The notes under the pieces were generated by a model. The model was not told where the DNA came from and ran no database searches. It saw only the letters and a list, made by a program, of their open reading frames with translations. Positions 48,252-60,000 of a stretch of DNA of 60,000 bases are shown here, piece after piece; the stretch's first letter is position 1; each line of letters begins with the position of its first letter. The position numbers were made by a program, and so were the translations under genes. Source of the stretch: Mobula hypostoma (lineage: Eukaryota); the NCBI RefSeq assembly GCF_963921235.1, contig NC_086108.1, positions 51,896,001-51,956,000 of the forward strand, read 5' to 3'.

Positions 48252-50720
48252 AGAACATAGAACACAGAACAGTATAGCACAGTACAATGTTGTGCCAACT
48301 TACATAAATCTATTTCACCATCAATCTAACCCTCCCCTCATCACAGCCCATAATCCTCCATATTTTTAGCACTATGTGCCAATCTAAGAGTCATTTAAAT
48401 GTCCATATTCTATTTGCCTGTATATCAACCCTGGCAGTGCTTTCCAGCACCTACCATGCTCTGTGGGGGGAGGAGGTGGGAATTACCTCTGACACCTCCC
48501 TTACGTTTTCCTCCACTTACCTTACATGGATGTCCTCTGTTACTGGCCATTGCTGCCTTGGGAGAGAATTGCTGCCTGAATACTATCTGTGCCTCTCATA
48601 ACACACCTCCATCATGTTGCTTCTCATCCTCTGTCAGTACAAAGAGAAATTCCCTAGCTCACTTAACCTTTCCTCCGAGGGCATGTTGTCTAATCCAGGC
48701 AGCATTCTGGCAAAGCTCCTCTGCATTCTCTCTAAAATTTGCATGCACTTCTTATAATGAAGCAACCAGAGCAGGACACACAACTCCAAGAGTTTTATAG
48801 AGTGCAAAATTACCTCACAACTTTTGAAATCAATCCCCCAACAAGTTAAAGCCAAGACATCATGCACCCTCTTAACCACTGTATCGGCTTTGAGGGATTT
48901 ATGGAGGTGGACCCCAAGATCCCTCTGTTCCTCTACACTGCAATGAATTCTGCCATTAATCTTGTACCCTGCCTTCAAGTTCAACCTTCCAAAGTGTATA
49001 ATTTCACACTTTTCCAGATTGAACTCCATCTGCCACTTCTCAGCCCAGCTCTGCATCCTAACCATGTACCATTGTAACCTATGAAAACCTTCCACACTAT
49101 CCACAACACCGCCAACTTTTGTGTCATTAGCAAACTTACTAAGTCATTTCCTTATCTAATTCATTTATATAAATCACAAAGAGCAGGGGTCCTAGAACTG
49201 ATCCCTGTGGAACATCACTGGCCACCAACCTTCAGGCAGAATATGCACCATTATTATCACTCTCTGCCTTCTGTGCACAAGCCAATTCAGTTCCATGCAA
49301 CCAGGTTCCCCTCGATCATATGCTTCATAACATTCTGAATGAACCTTGTCAAAAGCCTTACTAAAATACATATGCACCACTCTACCTTCATCGTTTTTTT
49401 CCACTTCCTCAAAGAATTCAATCAGGCCCATGGAGCACAACCTGTCCCTCACAAAGCCATGATTATCCCTAATCTGACAATGCTCCTACTAATGCTCATA
49501 ATTCCTGTCTCTAAAAATCTTCTCCAGCAGTTTTCCACCACTGATATAAGGCTCATTGGTCAATAATTCCCAGGATTATCCTGTTACCTTTTTTGAACAA
49601 GTTTATCAAATTTGTCATTCTCCAATCATCTGGTACGATTCCCATGGCCAGTGAGGATGCAACGATTATCACCAAAATCATAGCAATCTTTTCTCTCGCT
49701 TCCTGTATTAACTTGGGGCATATCACAAATAATCTTGGGGACTTACCTATCCCAAAGTTTTTCAAAAGTTCCAGCACATCCTCTTTCTTAACCTTGACAT
49801 GTTCCCAGTATATTAATCTGTTCTACATCTACTTTTACATTTGTCAAGGTCTCTCTCTCTCTCATGAATACTGAAGCAAAATATTCATTAAGGGCCACCA
49901 ATCTCCTTCATCTCTAAGCATGTTTCCTCTTCTCTCCCTGGCTGGTCAAGCCTTGCTCTCATCATCCTTCTGTTCTTTATGTGTGTTAGAACACTTCAGG
50001 GTTTTCGTTAATCCTACTCACCAAAGCCTTCTCATGTCCCCTAATTCCCTTCTTAAACTGCTTTCAGCTATCTTGTAACTTTCTGAAGCCCCATCTGATT
50101 CTTGTTTCCTCAACCTTAAATAAACTTCCTTCTTCCTGTTGACTAGATATTCTGCTTCTCTTGTCAACTATGGTTCCTTCACCCTACCATCTTTCCCTTC
50201 CTCAATGGAATAAACCTATCCAGACATCCATGCAAGTGCTCCCTAAACAACCTCCACATTTCTGTGTGTGCATTTTCCCCACATACCTCCGTTCCCAGTT
50301 TACACTCCGAAGTTCCTGCCGAATAGCATCATAATTCACCGTCCTCCAATTAGATACTTTCATCTGCTTCTATCCCTGACCACAGATACTGTGTGGTCAC
50401 TATCTTTAAAATGCTCAACCACTGAGAGATCTAACACCTGACCAGGTTCATTGCCTGGCACTGGATGTAGTATGTTTTTCCTTCTAGCTGGTTTATCCTC
50501 ATATTCTGTAAGGAATCTTTCCTGGAGACACCAAACAAAGTCTTCTCCATCTAAGCCTTTTGCACTAAAGAGATGCCAATCAATATTAGGGACGTTGAAG
50601 TAATCTATGACAATAACCCTGTTATTTTTGTACCTTTCCATAGTTTACTTTCTGATCTGTTCCAAAGTGTATAGAATACTCCCAATGGTGTGTTTGCTCT
50701 CTATTTCAGACTTCCACCAA
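48252..50720 (-). mobile_element. CR1 LINE, 5'-truncated, decayed
   Basis: WAEKWQMEFNLEKC, EQRDLGV, FSKAFDKV, VPDDWR and FNVPNIDW motifs on the minus strand; (AGAAC)n tail at the left. Confidence 0.88.
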
Positions 50721-50734
50721 GTTTGGTTCAGTAG

Positions 50735-53190
50735 GTAGGAGATTTCAACATGCAGATTGATTGGGGAAAATCAGGTTGGAAATGGATCTCAAGAGAGTGA
50801 GTTTGTTGAATGTCTACGAGATGGCTTTTTAGAGCAGTTTGTCATTGAGCCTAGTAGGGGATCAGCTGTACTGGATTGGGTGTTATGTAATGAACCAGAG
50901 GCAACTGGGGAGCTTAAGGTAAAAGAACCATTAGGAGACAGTGATCATAATATGATTGAGTTCAACTTGAAATTTGACAGGGAGAAAGTAAAGTCTGATG
51001 TAGCAGTATTTCAGTGGAGTAACAGAAATTAGTGCTATAAGATGAGTTGGCCAAAGTAAATTGAAAGGAGATGCTGACAGGGATGACGGCAGAGCAGCAG
51101 TGTCTTGAGTTTCTGAGGAAAATGAGGAAAGTGCATGATGGATGATTTCCAAAAACAAAGAAATACTCAAATGGCAAAATAGCACAACCGTGGTTGACAA
51201 GGGAAGTTAAAGCTAATGTAAAAGTAAAAAAAGAGGGCATACAACAAAGCAAAAATTAGCAGGAAGATAGCGGATTAGGAAGCTTTTTAAAAAAAAACAT
51301 ACAAAAAGCAAGTAAAAGAATCAATAGGAGGGAAAAGATGAAATATGAAAGCCAGCAAACAATATCAAAGTGGATAGTAAAAGCTTCCAAGTATGTAAAA
51401 TAAATAAATAAAATAAAATAAAATAAATAGTTGAGACTGGATATAGGACCTCTAGAAAATGAGGCAGGAGAAATAATAACAGGGACAAGGAGATGGCAGA
51501 TGAACTTAAGTATTTTGCATTGTTCTTCACTGTGGAAGACACTAGCAGTGTGCCAGATGTTGTAGTGTGTGAAGGAAGAGGTATGTGCAGGTACTCTTAT
51601 AAGGGAGAAGGTGCTCAAGAAGCTGGAAGACCTTCATAAGTCACCCAGACCAGATGAACTGCACCCTAGGGTTCTGAAAGAGGTAATGGTAGAGATTGTG
51701 GAGGCATTAGTAATGATCTTTCGAAAAATCATTGGACTCTGGCATGGTGCCAGAGGACTGGAAAATTGTAAATGTCATTCCACTCTTTAAGAAAGGAGGG
51801 AGGCAGCAGAAAAGTAATTATAGACCAGTTAGCCTGACCTCAGTGGTTGGGAAGAGGTTGGAGTCAATTGTTAAGGATGAGGTTATGGAGTACTTGGTGA
51901 CACAAGTTAATATAGACAAAGGACAAGTTCCTTAAGGGGAAATCTTGTCTGATGAACCTGTTGGAATTCTTTGAGGTGATTACAAGTTGGATAGATAATG
52001 GGGATGCAGTAGATTTTCAGAAAGCATTTGACAAGGTGCCACATATGAAACTGCTTACAAAATTGAGAGCCCATGGTATTACAGAAAAGTCACCAGCATG
52101 GTTAGAGCATTGGCTGATTGGTAGGAGGCAGTGAGTGGGAATAAAAGGATCCTTTTCTGGTTAGCTGCCTGTGACTAGTGCTGTTCCATAGGAGTTGGTA
52201 TTTGGACCGCTTCTTGGTTTTATGCTGAATATCAATTATTTAGATGATGGAATAGATAGCTTTGTTGCCAAGTTTGCAGATGTTACCAAGATTGGTGGAG
52301 GGGCATGTAGTGTTGAGGAAACAGGTAGGCTGCAGAAAGGACCTAGACAGATTAGGAGAATGGGTAAAAGTGGCAAATAAAATGCAATGTTGGAAAACGC
52401 ATGTTCATGTACTTAGGTAGTAGAAATAAATGTGCAGACTATTTTCTAAATGGGGAGAAAATAAAAAAATCTGAGGTACAAAGGGACTTGGGAGTCCTTG
52501 TACAGGACACCCTAAAAGTTAACTTGCAGGTTGATTGGGTGGTGAGGAAGGTAAATGCAATGTTGGCATTCATTTCAAGAGGTTTAGAGTACAAGAGCAG
52601 GGATGTGATGGTCTGGCTTTATAAGGCGCTGGTGAGGCCTCACCTTGAGTATTGTGAACAGTTTTAGGCTCCTCATTTAATATGAGTTGGCATTGGACAG
52701 AGTTTAGAGGAGGTTCACAAGAATGATTCCGGAACTTAAAGGGTTATCATACGAGGAACATTTCATGGCTCTGGGTCGGTACTCGCTGGAGTTTAGAAGG
52801 ATGACAAGGGATCTCATTGAAACCTTTTGAATGTTGAAAGGCCTAGACAGAGTAGATGTGGAAAGGGTGTTTCCCATGGTGAGGGAGTCTTAAGACAAGA
52901 GGGCACAGCCTCAGGATAGAGGGACATCCATTTAAAACAGATGAGGAGACATTTCTTTAGCCAGAGGGTGACAAAATTGTGAAATTTGTGACCATTGCTG
53001 TGGAGGCCAGGTCATTAGGTTTATTTAAGGCAGAGATTGACAGGTTCTTGATTGGACATGGCATCAAAGGTTAATGGGAGAAGGCTGGGGAGTGGGGCTG
53101 AGGTGGGGATAAAAGTATTCAGCCATGATTGAATGGCAGAACAGACTCAATGGGCCAAATGGCCTTATTCTGCTCCTATGTCTTGGGGTC
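50735..53190 (+). mobile_element. CR1 LINE (different subfamily), 5'-truncated, decayed
   Basis: GDFNMQIDW, LDWVLCN, LGDSDHN, VPEDWK..NYRPVSLTSVVGK, DFQKAFDKVPH, KFADVTKIG and LVRPHLEYC. Confidence 0.9.
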
Positions 53191-53194
53191 TCAA

Positions 53195-55320
53195 ACAATA
53201 TATTTTCAATATTATTCAAATATTATTGAAATATTAAATACACAACACTCCTCCCTGCTTAGCTATAAATTCCAACTTAACATTGAATGTATCTCAGCAC
53301 ATATACACATATAAATTACTGAGCCCTCAATTTTTTTCAGCTGTTTGTCCTGCATACTCCTTTTGAGATTGGGTTTGAAGAGATCCAAGCGTGAGCACAA
53401 GGTACAACCCAGGAACAGCATAGCTGGGGGGTTGTTGATTGTGGAGTGTGCTGCATTATGATATGTAAGAAGGAAATTGGCGAGTTTCTGATTCGATGTC
53501 AGTGTAGTATGTTCCGATGACAATTCACATCAAATCAAATCAACTTTAGTTATCATTCAACAATACGTAGATACAGCTGATCGAGACACCATTCCTCTGG
53601 GGCCAAGGTGCAAAACATTCAAAATGGGAAACAAACTTCAAATTAGTGAATAACACTCAAAATAGCGAGCAAAGAATCACTTGGAAAATAAAACATGTCA
53701 CTCAGGGTCTTGGACCATATACAATATCCAGTAATCAGTGGTACAGTCTCCCAGCAGTGTGCAGATGCATGCAATCCAACCTGTCATTCTACAACTCAAA
53801 CAAAGCACTGACAGGGGAGTCCAGGCCCTAGCCGAATGCAGACACCATACCGTGATGCTTCTGCGTCTCTCGCCTGGTCTTCAGTAGCAGGGAAGCCCAA
53901 GGCTTGAGGCCTAGTCCTCACTTCAGCTGAGGCTACATAGCTCCCATGTCATCTGTCCCTCCACCAGACAAGGGTAACAGGCTTCCGGCAACTTATATTA
54001 TCACTGTCCAACAGAGTCTTGCTATCGCAAGTGAAAAGACCGAGATAATTTCCCATGGTTATACTGCCGCAACTTTGATGCTTTCAAATAGTGGGCAGCA
54101 ACGTGGCCTCTGAACCCAAACCGGCTCCTCTGATATCCTGACCGTCTCCTTCTCCAACATCCCAGCCTTCTCCAGTTATTAACAGTGTGTTCCTTAGACT
54201 CTGGACAAACCTTTCCACCAACCCATTTGTAACTCAGTGCTGTGAGGCAGATGTAATATATCTTATTCCATTCATTTTCAGGAATGGCTGAAACTGTTTA
54301 GCAACAAACCGTGATCCATTGCCGCTGACTAAGTGTTCTGGAACACCAGTCCTTGGAAGAGGCTTCTCAACACATTAACAGTGTGTGGAGCTGTAGTGGG
54401 GGCTATTGGGAACACATATGGCCACATTGTAGCTGCATGTAATACTACCAAGAAATCTGTGCTTATGAATGATCTGGCAAAATCCACATGAATCCCCTGC
54501 CAGGGCAATGTTGGCCTTTCCTAGAAATGGAGAGGCACTTCTCTTGGCATCTTCTAGACATGTTGGCATCCAGAACAGTACATGGCAAGCTGCTCGAACT
54601 GTTGATCTGTCCTCGGTCACCAGACAAAGCTTTGAGCCAGTGCTTCCATTGTGACCACACTTGGATGTAGCTCCTCCTGTACTTTCATGAATCCAGCAAA
54701 GCTTATTTTGGCTGGTTTGGTTGGAGCAGTCAAACTTCTAAGGAAACTGTATGGTCTTCCACTTATTACATTCAGTAACACTGGCACTTGCGTTCCATTA
54801 GCCATTTCATGTGCTTCAAAATACTGCTCAATTCATTCAGTATACACAAATCACTTATCTGTTGTGCCATTGAATGCATCTGTCTTTCTGCTGTAGCCAG
54901 CTATTTCTGCTTACTTTATTTTATTTATTATTATTGTGATCACTGTTTATGAACCTGCCTATTTCAAATGTTTTCTTCCTCTTTTTGTTTATAAATTCAA
55001 ATGTCTCTTCCCTCCCGAAGGGGGAAAGAAAAAGACGCACTTCAGTGACAGGCAGTCATCTCAGGTTCATTATAAAACTTGCTTATTGCCACTTATGTTT
55101 TGTAACTCCATAAACTAATTGTAAGAAAAAATACTGGAGCCCAGGGATAAATGTATCTACTTTGTTTTTACCATAGTAAGTCATGCACTTCTGATGTGGT
55201 GGCATAATGACATATGCCATTCACATTCTTTTACGTATAACCCATAATGAATTATTTAAATAGAGAATACTGAATCAAACTATATATTTACAATATTACT
55301 AAAATATTAAATGCACAACA
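53195..55320 (-). mobile_element. Deleted Gypsy LTR retrotransposon (5' LTR 55093-55320, integrase remnants, PPT, partial 3' LTR)
   Basis: Minus-strand LTR start TGTTGTG at 55320 and again at 53247 after the PPT GGGAGGAG. Integrase fragments LH..ALAQSFVW and FLLTYHNAAHST..PAMLFLG. An unrelated insert lies at ~53525-54180. Confidence 0.78.
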
Positions 55321-56069
55321 GCAATCCAACAGGCCCAATGATTGCAGTTGGCTGTAACGTTTGTAGACTGAGTGTATGTGCAAGAGAATTTCCTTCAATA
55401 TATAAATGATTGATTTAAAGATTTTGTTTTTAATTTTTAAAAATTATTTTATTTTTAAAGTTCTTTCCTTTATAAGAGCTTTTGAATTATTTTTGATATT
55501 CATACATGTTCAATCTTTGTATTAGCTGAGTTGGAGTTAAATTGATTCTGAAAGCACTTTTAGGGTGGAATTTCCATTGATAGGAAAGTCCTTAAGCTTT
55601 TGAGGAGGATCTTCAAGATAAAATATGTGCATTTTAATATAAAACTGATAGATTTTCCATGTTTGATCAGTTTTGCAGTTTGTCAAACATGTCCAAGACT
55701 GCCACCCAGTGGGAAGACCCTGCTACTTCATACAGTCCCAATTCAAATATTTTTAATACGGGAATTCTAAGGAATGACATGGGTTTTTTAAGTGGTAATA
55801 TTAACACAGGCCCCGGTTTGCTAAATGAAATAATTATATTGCAATTCCACCTGCTATGTTTTTTTTTGCAAGTGACAGGACAAAATGTATATAGAGCTTG
55901 TATTCTGAGCATGAGTATTTAAAATTAATTTTTAACGAAGGGATTTATATAAAAGGAGCAAACCATGGAAATGTGCAGCATTTTCATCACAATTAGCATT
56001 GCAGAAATTAATAAAACTAATAATTGGGTGTTTGGAAGTTTGGTTGATCGCTGAGCTTGGCAAAATATT

Positions 56070-56110
56070 TGCAGACATTTTGGCTGCAGTCGAGAAGCCA
56101 TCATCAGTGC
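56070..56110 (-). ncRNA. Decayed hammerhead ribozyme of a second family
   Basis: Minus strand GCA-CTGATGA-T-GGCT TCTCGACTGC AGCC-AAAA-TGTC-TGC: stems I and II pair, but GAAAC reads AAAAT. Confidence 0.6.
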
Positions 56111-57324
56111 GCAGTTGGAGGGTGTTGTCTCCTCAAGAATGCCGGCTTATATACTCCTCCAGAGTCCGAATGGATATTGATTAGACATCGTGATCAGGTT
56201 GGCTGGTTCAAAACACTGTGAACAGTTTAGCAGTAGAAGGTTCTAACTGGCTAGCTTTGGGAGGGGTCTGTCAGAATTGTTTGCTCACTGTCCAGATCCC
56301 GAGATTACTGGCAATTCATTGAAAATAAGTTTTTATTTTTAATTTTATGTAAGCTTCATCCTGTGATTTGCAGAAATGTTTCAAATCACTTCTATGCAGC
56401 ACATTGCATTGAAATCCAATATTTATTATGTAGACATAGAAACAACCTAAACTGGCATGGTTGTAGCCTGGAATATATGTTGGACACCAGGACTCCTGAC
56501 CTTTCTTTACCCCCTCCCCCCCCCATCTGAATGAATAGAATAGATGGTTGATTTTCACAATAGGACAGCAGCAGTGACTCCCAACATTGCATTAACATTT
56601 TATATCTATGACAAAGGACTCGGCTGTACTGCCTCTGCTGGAACTTCTTTTTGTGACTGAGATGTGCATTGCAAAATTTGATGCCTGGGCAGCAAATACC
56701 CCCTAAAGCCAATTTGTTCTTTTAAAAATTGGATGTAACAAGATGGCACTGACAATACAGTAGTCCTTCAGCATATATATTATACCCCCTGTGTTACGGC
56801 TTTTAAGGTAATGGAAGTTTGTTCCTATGAAAGTCACCAATCATGACTAAAAAAATTCAGTCATGGAACTAGATTTGTACTTATGGAATTTATATGAGGA
56901 AAAAGTGCCAAAATAGGCACCAAAACACAAAATAACACAGATGATGTCAATTCTTGTCATTAGTTTGCATTACGGGAAATCACAGTTTGAACATTTTTCT
57001 AGGAAATCAATCCCTCCACAATGCAGAGGTGTGCTGCAGTTGGAATTTCAAGCCTGGGGTATTACCTAGAGGTTTGAGGCATTGGAAGTGAAAAGATGTT
57101 TAAAAGTGAATTGCATTATCAGCAGCCACATTTACCTACATGAGTGAAATTTTCCAATGGTATCCTTAACAAAGAGGATGGATATCTGTAGAACCACAAA
57201 AGGGATGTTAAGAATGACAGTCAAAAAAACGTGGTCACAATTGTTGAGATGAAGATTTTCAAGAGAATGCTGTTTCAGGACTATATGATAGTGGACATTA
57301 ACAAAGAGAGGATGAATAAAAACA

Positions 57325-57930
57325 GTAAGAACATTAAGGTGCATAAATAGGTCATTTGGCCTATCATGGTTGGTTTATGGTTTACAAAACCATGCTATTT
57401 TCTTCCCCACTGAGCTTTATTCCACTCATGCCATATATCTTGATTCCCATTATCTTTTGATTTCTGACTAGAAAGTACTCTGTGACTGAACTTCCACAGG
57501 CTTCTTGAGTAGACGATTCTAAAAATTCACCATCTTCTTCTTCTCAACTCCATCCTGACACCATTTCCCCCACTCTGAGACTATGATCCCTGGTTCTAGA
57601 TACACTGGCCAGGGAAAACTTCAATTTGATTTCTATCCTATCAAGCCAATTAAGGACTTTTGTATGTTTCAATGAGATTCCCTCACGTTCTTAAAATATG
57701 TACATGAGTGTATCAGCCAAGTCTGCTTGATCGCACCTCGTTTGACAAACTCACCTAGGAATCATTCTCATATCCTCACCCAAATGTGGTGTATCTTTAG
57801 CTAGGGAAAATGGATTGGTACACAATAATCCAAATGAAGTCTTACTGAATCTCTGTAGAAATGGAGCAGGAGGCCTATCATACTCATTTTTCACATATTA
57901 AAGGCCAACATGTTGTTAACTTCCCTAATT
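57325..57930 (-). mobile_element. CR1 LINE 3' fragment, old
   Basis: TAAGAACATT..ATAGGTCATTTGGCC start and CCCTGGTTCTAGA / GTTTCAATGAGATTCCCTC patterns. Confidence 0.55.
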
Positions 57931-60000
57931 ACTTGGTATTCGGAGATTTATGAACACTGAGGCAAGAGGCTATGGATCAGAAGTGTTGTAGGGCTCTAGG
58001 GCATGTCAGAGAAAGGTTGGATTGAGGCCATGGATCCACAAGGGTGGAAACGAGCAATTTGAATTTAATAAACCACAGAATTGGCAGCAGTATAGATCAG
58101 CAAACAAGCAGAACCACATGCAAGATAAGATAGTTGTAGCAGAGTTTAAGGTATCTTGGGTTTATGCAAGGTAGAGAGGTTAGTTGCAAAGCTCTGAGCA
58201 TGGTGGTCGGATATCATTATGCGGTAGGTATAAAGGTTTACATACAAGGGGGTGGGGAGCTGAGATTTGAAGCATAGAAATAAAAGTAACTAACTTGGTG
58301 ATGCATTTTTTTTTATAATCAGTTCAAGATTGAATATCATGAAATAGGCCAGATGGTGGCCAGGGAGGGATGGAGATAATTACAAAGAGCAGAGATGTTT
58401 TCAATAATATGACTGTTAAGATAGGAGGAAGTTATGACTTGATGCCAGACAATCATTCACAAAGCTTTGAGGCAGCTGATAGTTTATGTTTAATCAATGT
58501 GCAAGTGAAATTTGACCATTGTCAAAATGAACCTTGTATTCCAAGAAGGTACAGTTTTAGATCCATGGAATATGATCAGTTGTCTGAGTTTACTTTATGC
58601 CTCAGCACTACTGGGTGGTAAAATTCCTGCTGCTCATTGATTGAAAAGTTGAGGAGAATAGAAGGTGAAGTGGAATTGATGGCAAGGTGAGGAGAATGAA
58701 ATGGGTTAGAATAGGATTAGTATAAATGGATACTTGATGATTGGTTTTCCATCAACTCCCCCTCACCTTTCCAACAGTGAGCAGCAGTCAAAGGGCCACG
58801 TTTCCATGTTGTATGGTGTTATGACTCAGTTTTAAACATTGCATATTCCTACATCATGCTTCATTTGCCATCTTCTTGGCATCCCACTTAATCTGTCTAC
58901 TTTGTGTACTCTTTGCAACCTATGCACAGTTGGATTAATTATTATTTTCTTTGCATTAACAAATTACCTGCTAGTACTTTGTATAACTACTTGTATACAT
59001 GTAACTGTTTAGTATGTTTCCTAGTGGTCACAGTGTATATGCAGTTGTTCAGAGTGCCCCTCAGAGGTTATATTTTTATGTTTCTGGAAGATTCTCTTGG
59101 CATTGCATTATCTGAATAGGGGTTAGTGGTTTAGTTGACTCTTATCTACAAATTAGAATGAATTTTTTCTAATCTGTGGGGTATAAAAAGAGCTGACCAT
59201 GAGGCTCTGCCATGTTTGCCATATGACCCTTGAGGCCAATTTTTATGGATGGTCTGAAACAAGATGTTACCAAATGGCAAAGCTGACAAAACTGAATTGG
59301 AGCAAAAAGGCTGTTACACACAGTGAGCAAGTGCAAGCCACCAAACAAATGGAACGAGATTTTGAAATTGACCAAAATCATTATTGGTGGGCCAGTTACC
59401 TGTTGATCAACAGCACAGCTGCTGCAGGTAAGCTAACAGCCAATATCTTCACCATATGTATCACAGCAATCTCAGGTTGAGTCACATTTCTAAAGCCAAC
59501 TCCCTAGAACACTGTCACTTCTGTGGTAAGGGCAGACATTGGGCTAAAAGTTGTTAGCATAGAAAACAAGATGGACAACAGAGACAAGTTCAACAGCAAG
59601 ATGAAACCCCTGCTTTGCAAAGTTTGGACGATTCTAGTCTAATGGCACAGTTTCAACAAACAATAGTGGATATAATGAATGCATTGTTCCGGTTAAAAAA
59701 AAAGTGACTAGGCCCTTCCCTGCAACTTTTGCGCTTCATGATAGAAAAAAAAAGATAGCTTGTGTGTTAACTTATTGATTGGTTAATGAATGTGCTGAAT
59801 TCTTATTGGATTCAGAAGCTGAACTAGCATGTATTGCCAAATCTATTGTCCAAAGGTACAAAAAAGTTTTGACTGATATCCGTAAATGTACATATGATGC
59901 AGGAGGGCAGAGAGTTACATTACAGAAAAGCAAACTATTCGAGGTACAACTTGGTCCTCACCTATGGGAAATACATTTCTGGGTAGGAGATGTCTTGCAA

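Overview
Eukaryotic, repeat-dense, essentially non-coding DNA from a vertebrate, very probably a cartilaginous fish (shark or ray). This is inferred from HE1-like V-SINEs together with abundant CR1, Rex1/Babar and Penelope-like repeats. No complete host gene is present; two small candidate + strand exons (7862-7908, 42367-42434) and several AT-rich, TAAT-rich unique blocks suggest a long intron. Almost all ORFs in the track are transposon fragments or antisense noise. Mobile content: a Gmr1-type Gypsy remnant (integrase before RT) with its 3' LTR, a second Gypsy family, a pogo/Tigger element, three Tc1 families (one near-intact DD34E copy), three Charlie-type hAT composites with nested inserts, many CR1 and Rex1 fragments, and a higher-order minisatellite. 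The most striking structure is a set of at least five Penelope-like insertions that are palindromes of fixed geometry. Each has two 5'-truncated copies joined head-to-head, one arm lacking the terminal ~36-40 nt tail, and four have 14-18 bp candidate target-site duplications. The longer copies carry a minimal type I hammerhead ribozyme in each arm. A second, unrelated decayed hammerhead lies at ~56.1 kb. Family assignments come from motif recognition only; no database search was run.
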